In this document: piece by piece, positions 37,701-52,519 of the stretch | Layout of the letters: every line of letters begins with the position of its first letter | How positions within the stretch are numbered: position 1 is the stretch's first letter | Source of the DNA: Tubulanus polymorphus | Lineage: Eukaryota; Animalia; Nemertea | Length of the DNA: 64,000 bases | Direction: 5' to 3' | Assembly (NCBI RefSeq): GCF_964204645.1 | Contig: NC_134026.1 | Coordinates: 24,400,150 to 24,464,149, forward strand | Notes under the pieces: generated by a model | Database searches by the model: none | Seen by the model: only the letters and a program-made list of their open reading frames with translations | What the model was told of the DNA's origin: nothing | Program-made: the position numbers and the translations under genes

Positions 37701-40700
37701 TTCATTTGGATTGATTTTCCAGTCACGAGAACGGATAATACAGATGCTGAATCATGTGGATGGAATTCCAGTTCTTTCTGAGTCCTCATGGCAGGAAATA
37801 ATAAGAAAATCTTATCCATCCCTTCATCCTTACACTTCACTACCCTGGGCAGGCCAAGTTAGCAGTATAGTTTTGGTAAGGATTCTCAGTTTTCTTGGTT
37901 AAGAGGCTAAGTAGACCTAGATTAGATATCATATGTTTAAATTTCAGGTTGTGTTCCTAATGGCTGACTGTAATAGCTGTAATAGTAAAAGGGATACATT
38001 TGTAAAACTGAACAGAGCCGTCAGATCCTTAGGTAATTTCTCTTTTATTTGTTCATGAATTATAAAGTTTGTGTACTTATCTAAAGTTCCCCCACATTAT
38101 CAGATGATGGTTCGTTATTTCTGGTTAACTGCACTGAAGAAAAATTGTTGTGTGAAAAGGTTGGTGTGATAGGGTTCCCGACTGTAAGTGCATTTCGAGG
38201 TTCTGGTTGGCTTTATAACAGTCGATGTGTCTCGGAAAGATCAGCAAAACTGGACAACACAATTCGAATAGATTACCACGGTGTTATACAGGTAGATATT
38301 GCAGACTCAGATCAATTTCTTTTTTAACATTGATACATCCTTATACAATTTAAAACTTTGTAACAATATTTTTAGGTATCGTCGATTATGGATTGGTTGA
38401 GTAAGATGGCCGAACCTTCTGTTGACATTATTGGATTTAATAGAGAACCAAAGAAGGCGCTGAAATCTCATTTGGTGAGTTTGTCTAAAAATTAAGTTGT
38501 TCTCACATGTTAAAATGTATAATGCATTGATAAATGTCATAAATTCTACATCATTTCATTTCAGTCAACAGGTATTCTAAGAGCTACTCTGATGCCTCGT
38601 GATAGTCGATTTCTGGCAAATATCCCGAGGTCGCTGCAGCGGAAATTGTACCCATATGAATGTTTTCGTCTTGTCTGTGAACGATTGTTCAGACAAGTAA
38701 GCTGTTTTGCTAAATACAGCCAAGATATTCCACCTACTGAATATTCATCGAAGAATGCACGTGTGATTGTGTCAACGGTAAGTTATACATAATGCTGTCT
38801 TTGTTTACATATAGATGGCATCATAGTTTAAGTGAGAAAACTAAATTGTGACTGAAAATATATAGAATGCCGCTGATTGTAGGCCTACTACTTTGTAAAA
38901 ACTTTTCTGTAGTTTCTATTTTGTAGGCTTCTCAGCCTCTTCATAAAATGTGAAACATGGATTTTTTCAAAATAAGACATCATTTGCTGTTTAAAAATGT
39001 TATTTTTCACTTGCCTTGAATCGAGACCAAACCGCTTCAACCCTATTATTATCAAAAGCCAGGTGTAGGTGTGAAATGAATTAATGTTCTCAAGATGTAT
39101 ACGATGTCGCCACTCCATTATCAACTTCATTTTTTATGAGAAACATTTCAAGCAATTTAGTATGGTGAATAAAAAAATGCACTAAACACAACAATATTTG
39201 ATTGAATTAGTCCCTTAAACAGCCAGCCAGCATTTCTAGGGTAGAATTAATGCAGCTTTTTTCTATTCTTTTATTCGTTGCCATTTTTTTTCCTTTTTGA
39301 ATAACTCAATTAAAAAAATGATATTTTCAACAATTGATTATGTTCTAACGATTGATACACCTGTCAATCTTACATCAGGTGGAACTTGAACGTACTGATG
39401 GATTAACTGTGACTGTTGTCAAACTCGGTCAAAGACTGATACAAACATTGCAAGATGAAACTATGGCAGAAGTGCATAAATTTCATCAACCTCACACGTA
39501 AGATATACAATGTTCCACATTCTCCTATGACACTTTGCTTTATTCTTTTTGAAAACCTGCGAAATGTGTATGGATTCAGCCTGACATTGTGCAGAATTAT
39601 ATTCAAACGATGCTCGATGAAAAATGATTCTTTTCTAGTTTTGCAAAATATGGTTGGATTCGGACTGACACTAATAATCTCTTATCCTAGTGCTTTCACT
39701 CAAATTGATTAGATCTTCTTCTGTAACTGTAGATACAGCATTAGTCACGAGCAAAAATGTGAAGATGACCATGGCAGATGTACTGATTTGATTATCGACT
39801 TCGTCAGTGACCACATCCGACTTCTGGTCACTGTCATGACATCGGAAATGTTTCATACAAAGCATAGGTAACTTATAGTTAGAATACACTGATAAATATC
39901 ATGCCACCAAGTTGAAATTACACGGCTACTTAATGATAACATAACAGCTACATAATAACGAATGCCAGTTTCACAGCAATGGTAATTCGAGAATGATCCC
40001 ATTGTAATTGCTATTCTTCAGCTGGTATATTTATGAATGCGCTTATTATCTCAATGCTGTAAATGTATGGTTTTGACGTTTTATTTCTCAGCATAGACAA
40101 CAATTTTGATTTAATAATTACGGTAATCGTGCTCTTACTATGGTAACAATTTCTTAAATATGACCATAGAGATGATTTCTTTTTCAAAACATCGTTTCTG
40201 AGCAAAACTGTGCAACTTATCATTATATGCTGCAACATTAACTCATGATTTGATTTTTTAACAATTGTTGTAATTGAAAGCAATTGAAAGGGATTTTATC
40301 GCTTAATATGTTTCCCATAAACAAGTAGAAATATTTATATTTTTCTGTTGATGAACGTAGCGATTTTCATGCCAGATTTTTATGAAAGAAATGTTTCTTA
40401 TGGTATCATTCATTACCTGCGCTTTCTTCAATCTCTTATCGATATATTCAGTTTATTTGTTGGAGCTTTCAATTTTATGATATGTTTATTGATAGTATTT
40501 TGTATTTGTGTTTTGTATCATTTTCTAGCATTTTCTCTGCCTCACAACCAGTTCTATTGGCATTGGTCCATGAAGGCAATGTTTCTGCTGAAGCTGCATT
40601 TATTAAGGTGAAATTCTCGATACTGCTGCCATCTACACCTGATTTACCTTCTTAAAGATTTACCATTTTCGTTCTTAAATTTTACGAAAAAATTTAGTTG

Positions 40701-43700
40701 TTACCGAGGTGTAAAGAATTGAAACTAGACATACTAAACAAAGAATCTTTCTTCAACTGTAGGAATTGACCATTGTTGCCGAGAAAATGTACAAAACCAT
40801 CAGTGTGGTTACTGTTGATGTATATCAGTATCCGGCATGGGCTGGTCAGTTTGTGCCAAAGAACTATGACTCGAAGATTATTGGTAAGGCCCTGCTATGT
40901 ATCGGCGAATTATTGGTATTTTTTCAACTCAGAGATTCCCGATCGATTAAAGCAATAAGATAAAAAGTTATTGTTAGATTCCGTTAAAGATTCTTGTTCT
41001 AGACAAAATGTCCCACTGGAGAAACTCTTCCAAATTCATTTAATTGTGTATAAATCGTGTTATTTTAAATGAATGAATGAATGAATAGCTTTTTGTCATT
41101 TTTGCACCATGATCCATAAAGATACATGTAATACTTGCATTCATCTTTTCTTATCTATGACTCATCGCGATTAATCGTCATGTAAAAATACCTGCTAGTG
41201 ATTTTCTACTATTTCCCTATTTATAATTGGGTAGAAAAATGATTTTGTGTGCAATTTCCCAGTATCTTCTTGGTGCCTTCTCTTTTTGAATCTTGATTCT
41301 CTATTAATTGGATACTGATGGCGAGTTCAATTAAATGCTTCCTATTGAAAACAATTTCACTCTTGTATATCAGTATGGGCTTCATTGAGATATTGAGGAG
41401 ATGCTAATGGGCATTAACATCATGAAATAATTACTGACTGCTTAAGATGTGCATTCGTATTTATTTTCATTTTTCATTATTTGGATTCATAGTTTTCATC
41501 ATCATGGTGAATGCCAACAAGAGGTCTCGAAACTTGCTGTTGAATCTTTGGTCTTGCCTTTCATTTAGCTGTGGAAATGCAAAGTTCTCCATTTCTCATA
41601 TGTGCTAATGTTTGCCTTTCGGTGTGAAGCTGTGTTCTAATCCCTGAATAATGTTATCTAATTATCTAGAATTTAGGTATCATTACATCATTAATTGAAT
41701 TCCTCATTTCAATATTAGCCGAAAAGTGATGGAATTAATAAGTATAATTTGTGACTTTTCTTGGTATATCTATATTGTTATATGTGATATGATATGAATT
41801 GATTATAAAATATGAATGTAATAGTGAATGAGATTGTTTCCATGAAAACTGAACGCTGTACTGGTGTATAGAAAATGATTTTCACTTTCAGTGGTGTAGT
41901 TATCACCACGATACTTGAAAGCAAACAACAATTAGCGTATTTTACTAGTTTTCCCCGATCTGTCTCTAGACGAAGATTGTTCCTAATTGGGCTACTTATC
42001 TTGTATTTCAAGAATTCAAGGTCGATACTCAAATGATAAGAACACTGTTGCCTATGCCTTTGCATATGCCAGGCTCATATTCATAGCTCATCCAGACTAT
42101 AATATAGTACCAGTCATTTTCAAATCGAGCATTTATTTTAGAATTCAAATTTATTTTTCATACATTTGAATTTATCTATACTTAACGAAACCGTATTGTG
42201 TATTTGTAACACAGATTTTCTGGGGCAACTGTATATTGAGTGGGTGTAAATATGATTTGAGCCTGAAAGTATGCTCCACATACTTTTTAAAAGCGTATTC
42301 CCACCGAATTACTCTGACTACTTAAAATGTAAATAAACGCAAACAAAAATGATAATAGAAAATGTCATTGCTAAGAGTTTGAGGCAATTGCTTTTTTCTA
42401 AATATCAAGTCATGAATGAAAATAATGACCTATTATAAGCACTGACTGTTGCTCGACATATTTCGAATTGAGAAAATTCTTGAGAAAGTTTTGCTGACAT
42501 CACACCACTCCGTGCAGTGACATCACTACTGCCAATTGCGGTTTGAGAAGTGATTTTTTTCCACGAATAGCACGTATAATTTTTTACCAATCCTGTTCCA
42601 TTTTTGATATGGAGCAATATCTACGTAGTGTTAATTGTTTATCGTCGGTTGTCACTTGCGGTTATTGGGTGTCATCCACAACTTAATTGAAAACCGATCC
42701 TATATCATAACTTGTCAGTTACAGTGAACACGTTGAAATGATGTTTAATGGTGAAGCAAGTCGTGTGGGAAACTGGCGTTGCAGACCGTTTTGAATCACT
42801 TGGCTTTCTATGAAAGTTCAGTTTCACAATAACGTGACATTTTTACAGGGAAAAAGACGATTAGTTTTTTTTAAAAAGAATTTTAACATGTGTATTACAT
42901 GTGTATTACTGGTTTCATTATCGTTCTGTTTTATTTCACGACGTTCCACAGTGGTTACACGATTGTTGCTGTGCTGAATTGTTTTGATTTTGTGGTTTTT
43001 AGCGTAAACTGGATTTTGCTCTCATGTCATTGTCAATAAAACTTGGCCGCAGTTTTCATTGACTTAAATTAACACAATTCGTTACGCTATTATCAACGTA
43101 TACAGCGCATATTTCTGTTTAGAAGACGTTTTTTTCTTTTCTCAAATCGTCACTCAGCGAGACGATTGTAAATCTGAATTGAGATCGATCGGGTGCACCT
43201 TTCTTTAGCTGTTCTTCGTTGAAAGCCTCAATGAAAGTATTACGTCAATGCGCGATTTCGGATTGGCTCTTTAGAATTGTGATAATTTTTATTGCCTTTG
43301 ATTATCATGTGTAAGAGAGATAGTTATCAGTGGAATGTTATTTTGGGAGTTAGATAAAGATTTGGAATGGGAAGTGTAAAAAAAAAATACATAAGTAGGC
43401 ATAATTTAAAGAAGTCGGTACTCTAGTCGTTAAGTGTTTTTGCTATCAACGGAACCGCGTCATTAATACAATTTGAGGAATTCAAGTTTTTAAACACATT
43501 TTTTCAAACCCCAATCCCTTTTTGTAGATTCGAACCTGATGGAACATGTCTGAAGAAACACGAATTCCAAAATTGTCCGACCTGGTCAGTGATTTGAGTA
43601 TTAATTAGTCGTAACCGCGGCATTCTGACGCAAATCCCGGTGTAAACAGTGAACTTCTTGACCGCTTCGGTGATGAAAAACAAGCGTAATTGAAACGAGA

Positions 43701-46185
43701 AGGCAATTACGGCGCGGACGAGTCTTGTCGTTTACGATTTGATTCTCGTTGAGGTTTCCAATAAACCGTTGCAGAATGAGCGGCTGTAACTTTAATTCGT
43801 TTTCTCCCCCGTTGACTGATGAATACGAATACGAGTGGACATGCAGTCGGATATTGTCAATTGTGCGGCTGATATAACCGGAGGTTATGAATTCAAGACA
43901 TCACAGCGTGGTCATCTCAAACTAGATTATCCGTCCAATAGTCTGTATTTCATGTATGATGATAATATGATACGCTTTATTACGTGAACCACTTGTCATT
44001 GATTAGCACCGACTTGGCGTGGAGTTTCATGTTATAATGATGGCTGCCGAGTACGCGATGTGGTCTCATCAATTTTTTACGATCATCTTTCCCAAGAGTG
44101 AAAGCGATCTTGCCAGAAGTGAAAGTCGTGTCTGTGAGGGATTCGATTGGTACGCGTTGAAACAATCGCGGAAATGCGTGCGCTAAAAAATTAGACGAAT
44201 CGTGATCAATCTGATATATCGAAAAGTATGCTTCTCTTTAGACTTAGCCTCAAATTTCAATTCTAGGAGGACGGTTGCTTGTGAACCACGACCGAATACT
44301 ATTGACCGACTTGTTCTTTAGATTTCTAAGGTCCTCAAGAGAAAAGATCTTGGTTTTTTCATTTTTATAGAAAAAGCTCCCCTCCCCGAGGTCAACAATT
44401 TGATCTGTATTTTCAACTAGTCCTTTTCTTATATAAATAAGTTATTGCCAGGATGTGCACATGTCTCATTCTCTTTTTGCTCTTGTTCTGAGTGAATAGG
44501 ATTATACTGATACCATCGACTATATGTCAAACGTGTGACCAATTTGCCATTGTAAACCTCTGATCCTCACGTGTTATCATTGTCGGGGTCTAGTACTTAT
44601 GGAACAAAATGATGACTGAGCCGTGATGAGAATCCATAATAAAGATCATACCGATGGAACCTTTTTGATGACGTTGTTCATTTCAGTCAAACAAACCTGG
44701 AAGTTTCTGTTGTCGTCTGTATGTTTATTTTACCATCACTTATTTTCATTCGATTGCAGAAAATATATCAGTCGTTGTATTTGAACCTGATTACTAATAT
44801 TTGGCGCAACATCTCAACGGATTTCGCTCACTATTCAGCCTACATGTTGTTAGTTTTTAACTGACTGCCCACGAAGCTTTTAGCCTCGAATCACGTGGTC
44901 GAGTAAATGGTAATCTCTTACGAAGTTACGTCTTGAGATTTTCTTGGTTTGTTCAATCGTGAATATTATTGACAAGAGAAGCGTCAGTGATGGCCGATTT
45001 ATTCGCCGTGTTCGGCGTTGTTGAGTTTTTCTGTTCAGTGAGCATTGACAGTTTCCGTGATTGTCTTCCTGCCTGGAACATTAGTTTAGGATTGCAGTAC
45101 ATTTACTGTGTAAGTGGATGCTCTCGGGCATTTATCAGAAAACCTGACACTTAGCGGATATTTTATGCGCTGTAATTTCAAGGTGTTAGGAGAAATTCAA
45201 TCAAAAGTTGCGGATTGCTTTTATAAAAGAGGCGCCAAGTCTCTAGCGAATAGATTAAAATGTAATCGATTTAGAAGCTTATTGCGGCATACCGAGTCAC
45301 TGGAACATAATCTGGTGTCAAGAGTATTATCTGGTATAAATAAAACCTTCCCCGCAAAGAGAATGCTACCATGAACCTGTCAGTTGACATTTTGATCGAA
45401 CTAGCTTTCGAGTTACCCCGCTTTAAAAAGTACTCGAGTTCTGTAGGTGCCAGCTCTCGATCTCTTTTGATTCGTGATCTTACGGTAGCCTATATCTTTT
45501 AAAGTTAGTTATCCAGTGTTGTTTTCAAGAACTACAATGGAATATAGCGGAATGCGAATTAATACTATACTACGCACTATTTACAAACCAAAATGATAAT
45601 TCTTGAAAAATATCAATCAAATTCGAATAGAATTGAAATCAAGACCATGTACATATCAAAACCTAAAAAGCAAAGTCTTTTTCATTCCTTTAGAATAGTT
45701 AGATAATGCTGCGGAGGCGGCACAAGAGATATTTGACATGATGTGGCTGCCTTTGCCCTTGTTATCACGGTAACAATAAATCTAATTTATTGTTGCGTAG
45801 GTTTGGGATTAATCGAATGCTTCTATTTTTTGATTCAAATCTAACAAGTTCACATTTCTAGGGATGAATACAATATTCAATAGAATTCTAAGAACTGTTT
45901 TTATCAATTGAAACTTCCACGAACTGCAGTGTAATTATTGTAAAACTTGTCCCTGCAAACGAAACTTATATAATTGTATTTCTTATTTCAGGAAATGACC
46001 ATGTTTTGGATTTGTACATTTATCCTCGACTATGTATAATTCAGTGGGAAGACCACAACCACGCGGCGTTCTACCATCCACCATCGAAGGATACTGATCC
46101 ATTTCTGTCGAATAAGATATTAGATTTTATCTCGTCTTACCTAAAAAACCCGTCAGCTCACATCGTTGAGACAGAGTGGTTTTAA
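34738..46185 (+). CDS. secretory-pathway multi-thioredoxin-fold (PDI-like) protein with mostly non-catalytic domains
   Basis: Signal-peptide exon 34738/34759-34807, about 20 short exons to 40884, and a phase-1-compatible last exon 45992-46185 (GNDHVLDLYIYPRLCII...ILDFISSYLKNP...ETEWF*). Trx-fold signatures: ILFYAFWANNS, RYDVFATPSIV, ADCNSC, VNCTEEKLLCEKVGVIGFPTVSAF. Some internal boundaries are uncertain. Confidence 0.75.
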
Positions 46186-49100
46186 AGTAAACTATTTAGG
46201 GTGAGTATGCCGCTGCCCGATAATGGGTCCTGAAAATCTGAATTAAAGCAACCAACATGTAAAAAAGAAGGAAGAGATACTGTGGCTGATTTGGGCAAGT
46301 CCAACGAATTAAGCTGTGCTTCATAACAAAACTTTAAATATTATGATATTAGAATTGTATCCATATGTGTACTATATGTATTTTTGAGTGTCGTATTTCT
46401 ACCTAGAATATATTATGTGAACGGACCTATTCCTGGTAGGGAAAGAAAACTCAGCCGGATCATGTCCATCATCTTATAATCTGCCTATTGCCATTATTAG
46501 TTCCGATGACGTTTTCCTTCGCTACGAAGTATAACCACGTCACAATGGTTTGGATGACACATTTGCCGCCTGCGAAGATTGTTCTAAAATAATTCGTGAT
46601 GTCCGGCGTCACTGATACTGTCTGTTTTAGCACTTACCCAATTACACGTGTCATGTCTGATGTAGTTTTAACTTCAATTTTTTTTTGTGTGTGTGTGTTT
46701 GTGTCAGTCATGATTTTGAACTGAAGCGAGACGTTCTTCGGTAGGAATTTTGAGAAACCGGCGCAGTTTCATTAATCTCATTCCCTGACAGTCATTTCCT
46801 CCGTCCCTTAATAGTTTACGATTAATACTAAGTAATTGGCTGCCATTTCCCGTACAATAGCATTGACGCTGTAGCAGGACACTGGGTTATACCATGGACT
46901 CTATAGCGTTTTAGAGTCCGCAATGTAGTAAGTCAAAGAGTCAAATCCTAACTCCTGCAGATTACATGTTACTGGCGAAGTACACATAGAAGAAGATTTA
47001 ATTTCTGTATTCATTATCTCATTTCTCCAAATGATAACGCGTTGCAGTGTTATTGTCCTCACGCATGTTAGATCCAATGTGGGTTGGCTCCGAGAATATT
47101 CAATCCGCCGTATTCGAAAAAGTGGTCTTGGTTTTTTGCCCGCACTACAGTGTGCCACGCAAGAAAACATAAGACATTCGCACCAATCATTGTGTCAAGT
47201 TTTTGCGAAACCTCCGACGTATTTTTGTACATCGGTGTCCTTTAGTCTGTCCATCTTCATACAGACTGAAGATATTCTCTCGGCGAAACAAAGGGAAATT
47301 ATTGTTTCAACTATTCAAAATATCTGTTCTAGTTCTGGCATGCTATAGCTGTTATGATACTTTTCGATTGCAGTATCCCAGGGTATGGATGTGCTTGAAA
47401 ATATGATCCATCGTACGGAATTGATATTGTGTCAAATAAAATTATTATAATTTACTACGAACTTGGGGAATCGATCTTCAAGTGGGTGTCTCTTGCGGTT
47501 CCATGTAACATGAGTCCCTGCAATCTATAGAACCTTCAACTTTGAATATCGATAAAACCTAAATGTTCAGAGCAACGAGGTACATGTATAACGCGCGCGT
47601 GCTCATCGGTGATGGGTGACCTAACATCCTCTTTGTTTTATGCACCAATGCTATCGAATAAAGCCTGTTTTGACCAACATACTTCCAATATATTCTGAAA
47701 AACCTCTATGAAAATCTCAAAAGCGGCTGTAAAAGAAGAAAAAAGCGATAGTAATTTAGATTTCCGAATAAACAAGTTGGTTTATTTTATGTTCGAGATA
47801 TGATCTGGTCGTTACGGTGGCACTGACCTCGTAGACTTGTATTGCAATTTGAAGAATATAAAAAAGCAAACAATGAAAGCAATGAAATATCGAAGTTTTT
47901 CTCCCTGTCCTGTTTGTAAGGGGGGCACTGTTATTGTCATTTATGAAAGGTCAGTGATACGGTTGTTAATAACTAACAGATTATTATCACAATGAACATC
48001 GAGTTTGAATGTTCTCGAAATATTTCATTGTCGTTCATCTTTGATCTCTCGTCGAGCGGATGCGTCGATGTATTTTTGCTACCTCTCTCATACGTTCGGT
48101 CACATTATCCGTACGTTTGTGTGTAATCAACCAGAAGAAAGCCTGTATTATCTATACGTATAATGGATAACATTGAACAATCAATTTGAATTCACCCCGT
48201 CTCTTGTTAGTCTCTTGTTAATCAAAACGTAGAGATGAGGAAAATGCGACATTATATACTAATCTATTAAAGTCGCATTGTGCGCAGGTTTCATCGTTGG
48301 TACTGTTCTTCGGTTGCTATCGGTCTGCCTTGAGGGCTTCTATTAGTTGAAAATGGACGGCTTTCACAGCGTCTGATGTTTGAACATAAAGAAGGGCATT
48401 TAGAAATCATCCATAGACGCATAGCCGCTAAAATGTCTCATTATCGTCATTAACTGAGCACAATAATGAAGAAAGGGTTACCGTTATGCATTAATCCGCC
48501 GTTTAAATTACGAATTATACATGCTGTTGATTATCGGCAGCAGAAACAGACTGAAATCTTTTGTTTCATGTATTACAACTTACATCATACAGTTTGACAT
48601 TTGCAGCATTTTAAATGCATTGATCGGCAATTTCTGTTACAATCACTGATTTTCAATGAGAAATGCCCGCCATATTCCCTATTCAATCTATTGTCTACTG
48701 TTATAATAAGCCGACAAACCTTTAAAAAAGTTTTTTGTTTCTATTATTTCTTTATTTGTCACGTTCATGTTACCAGTAAAATCCCGGACGCACGCATTTC
48801 CGCCATCGGCCAGCCAATTTGAGGATGATCAGGTGATGCCCGATGATTGGTGCCAGTTTATATAAGCCCCGTTAGGTAGAAAAATAATCACATGTCTTTT
48901 GTTGTCGCGAATGAAAGGGTTCAATGGTTCACTCGCTATGCGCTCATGTGAATGAATCAACAGGGTTTTCTGTCTCCAACAGGTGAATAAGACAATGAGG
49001 ATAAATAGCACAAAGATGTGAATATTTCAAGAATCACCTTTCAAGAATCGCGTTTAATTTACAGAAGGTTTTCTGTTTTTATCGAATTAATTGCGACAAT

Positions 49101-52100
49101 GCAACGGTTTTCCCCCAATTTTTTCGTCTGAGATTTTTTCCTCCTATTGAAATCAGTTAAGATCTGATATGCCCATTGAATGACTTATTCGATATGATAT
49201 CTTTAAAAAATCCGCTGATGTAACAAAACGAAAGAAATTTGGGTTAGTTTCGTCATTGAAGAAAATTGAGAAGAAATTCAATCGTGATTAAAGAGCTCGT
49301 CATCTATTGTGTCTGAAAGTCATCAAAGCTTAAGGTTTCATTTGCATTTGTTTCTGAATTATAGATATTGAAATTATGGATATATGATTCTATAAATCTA
49401 GGCAACAAACGAGAATAATGTTACCTCCCTAGAGATCGAATATCAATTTGTTAATATCATAATGTTGTGAACCAGATCTATATCATACATGATTAATAGC
49501 TGTATATCTCTCGCCAAACTGGAGTTTATTTCATGCGTGCTCGCTCGAAGTTTTGTTCATCTGAATTAATCATAAATAAAAGAGCCCAGTGCTTCATTTC
49601 TAGTTTTAGTTTTTAGGGTTTTTCTCGATGGAATAAACTCTATAGGGGTAGTAGTTTAATTTTCGAAATGATGTATTTCATTCTTTGTAAACCCCTGCAA
49701 ATATCTTCCATTTCCATAGCAAAATTAAGGATATAACCTGTTGATGTTATTTTGAATCTTTTATCAATTTCAAATAGCCCATCCATTGAATGTCTTTACA
49801 ACCCCCAAAATCGGAATTCATCGAGCATCCTCTCAATTGGCATCGATGTATCGATATATGTTTATCTTTGTATCTGGTATTTTTAGAAAATCTGAGTGCG
49901 ATTTTTTGCAGAAATTCTTTTGTTTGCGACAACTCAGCATGTGGAAAGAATGCGCGAATTCAATATTCCCATAACCCGAGGCAATGCCCCTTGTACAGCA
50001 CGCTGTCACTGACGACTGTCTCGTCTCTCGCTTGTTAAACGCGAACTGAAACGAATTCCATGTACTGCTCGGTTTTTACGGGTTTAATTTAAATACATAT
50101 CTATATTTAGAATCACAAACGTGTACAATTTAAGCAAAGACGCTGCGCTCAGTAGTTTTTTTTTCAAATGCAGTAAGTTGACGTGAGATCGGGTGACTCG
50201 ACTAAGAGATATTTAAAACCTATTCCGACACGACGTGCATTTGACGAAGTTTCAGAAAATACACGTAACGTCTCCGATTGAGAAACTGTCAGGATAATTT
50301 AGAAAAGCTTGCTCTGAATTCATTATGATTTCCAGACCCGTGTCGAGCATTTTGGGGGGCGGTTCATTTCAAGATAAAGTGCACTTTTCCACCGTGAAAA
50401 CGATTGTCTTTCCTTTTGAAAAATGACAGAGTTTAGAAATGATTTATTTCGATAACCTAAACTCAAACAACGTCTCATTTGTATTTTGAAAAAAAGCCGA
50501 GTACCGTTACCTGAATAAATCATTAGAGAATGGATTACTTTTCCTTTTTCGAAAAACCATGAAAATTGTAATCTTGACCCAAATTTTTGAAACTGACTTG
50601 TTGGAGGGCACTCTGTAAATTTTAGGTACCGTGGATTATCCATGGACTCGTTCGTTTAAAACATCATATATTATCTATTTTTCGAAGTTTTTGCGCAAAA
50701 CAAGTTACGTTCAAAAAGATTAAAATGGATGTGCTAATGGATCATTTGCGTATGGTTATTTGCAAGTTATAACTGACATTCACAAAACCTTGTTGCTTGT
50801 TGCCATTTTGCAGAAATGAGTCTGATCATGTCTTTATCCATCCGACTCTCGTATATTCTGTCATTTCTCATTCAGTCATGTCAGCATTTTTTGCAATTAC
50901 TTCTCATCCATGTTGACGCCGGACGGTAATTTGCTGAATTTTCTATTTCTTTTTTCATTCCAAAAATAGAAATATCAAAATGCGAACGTACTAACGATAC
51001 GTGATTGGAATTAGTCGACGGATAAAATTGGCTCGTCTGATATAGCGTGGTGGTGTCTAGCTTCGGGCTATATTCGTATCGCCATAAGGCTCGTTTCGGT
51101 ACATTCCTCTAACAATGTAAAGTTCAAATTACAATTCCTGGCATATACTCTGTTTTCTCTGGGCATACATATTTGTATGCAAAATTTTATCCATCAAAAA
51201 CAGGATGGTGTAAATCTATTAGGTCCTTTGTTCTTGAAATTTAGAGATTATGGAGAAAATGAGTTTGACCCAATTGTTACGGACAATCTCTCGGTATCGA
51301 TAAATCTAAAGCTTTTAGTAAGATTTGGAATATTTAATATATTTCCTTCCTTTTTTCCCATTGGTGAATTGGTTTCGTGCATGTATGAACTTTTACGCTG
51401 AAAATGATCGTTGGTGTCAGGTTCGGAAACATCTATCTGAGTTAGTCGTGATGATCTGTTCATCGCATCAATACATAAAGCTATCAGACCGAAACACCAA
51501 ACTGCACCTTGTATTACCCCGGTGTAACGGGAACCCTGGTATATACCAAATTGTATAGATCGGTTAGAATTTCCGGCATCGATATGAAATATGTATCAGT
51601 ACTGATGATCTACAACTGAAGGGAAATTATAGTGTATCGAATTAGTGGTTTTTGAAATCTATTATATTCCTGTTGGTCGTAGAAAATTCCAGTATACTCG
51701 AGACACGGTGTCAATAAACGCCGATGGCTCTATCGGCAAAATATCCATCAGCTGCAAGTCGTAAGTGACACGTTGCACATCCTCTGTCGGAATGCGTCGC
51801 GCAATTCGAAATCGGGTCCTATATATATTATTCTAAATATAGATTCCACGTAGCATGCTGATTCTTTGTCGTGATTGGCGGCGATGTTGACGCTGTTTCG
51901 TGGCGGATTTTTCATATTTTCCCGGGGGCATTGATTCGTGGATGCCTTCATGTTTTTCGTTTCCTCGTCGCGTGTTTAATGCATTCTGCCAACAACCGGT
52001 GACATCACCCCGGCATATATATCTATCTGTACGTGCTGGCATTATATAGCCCGAAATGTTCATATAGCTATATGTTACCTGAGCTACCGGTGCAAATCGT

Positions 52101-52519
52101 GACTTCAAAGATTTTTGTAAATTGCTCTTGGCGAGGAATTGATTCCAAACGGAAAATCAATGGCCCCACTGGTGATTGAAGACTGTTGTGAATATTGGGC
52201 TTATTGCCAAGAATAACGTATAGATGCATACGTGGAACAGCAAATTAACTGCTCCGAGGAAAATACTCAAGGGTTTTTATTGAGAAATGTGGGAGCAATT
52301 TCAAACGTTTATGTTGTGGAACAGTTTGATTCAGTTTTGTTTGCATTGGGGTTTTTTGAGAGTAATGATTGCATAGGTGTACCCTGTAACATTGATAACA
52401 GTCTTGACGATTGATAACTTGATGGCAAAAAACAAAAACGGAGAAAACCTAAATAAAAGAAATGCTCTTCGATGTGTTTTGTTGATTGATAGTTGTATGA
52501 AATGAGTGCGCGTTTGGGT

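Noticed and set aside
43100-43270. In-frame TGA inside a protein-like minus-strand frame (possible selenocysteine)
   Set aside because: No CxxU-like context, no SECIS seen, and the surrounding frames contain TAA/TAG stops as well.
46865-46919. Short hairpins that could be a pre-miRNA
   Set aside because: The stems are too short or irregular and match no miRNA I recognise.
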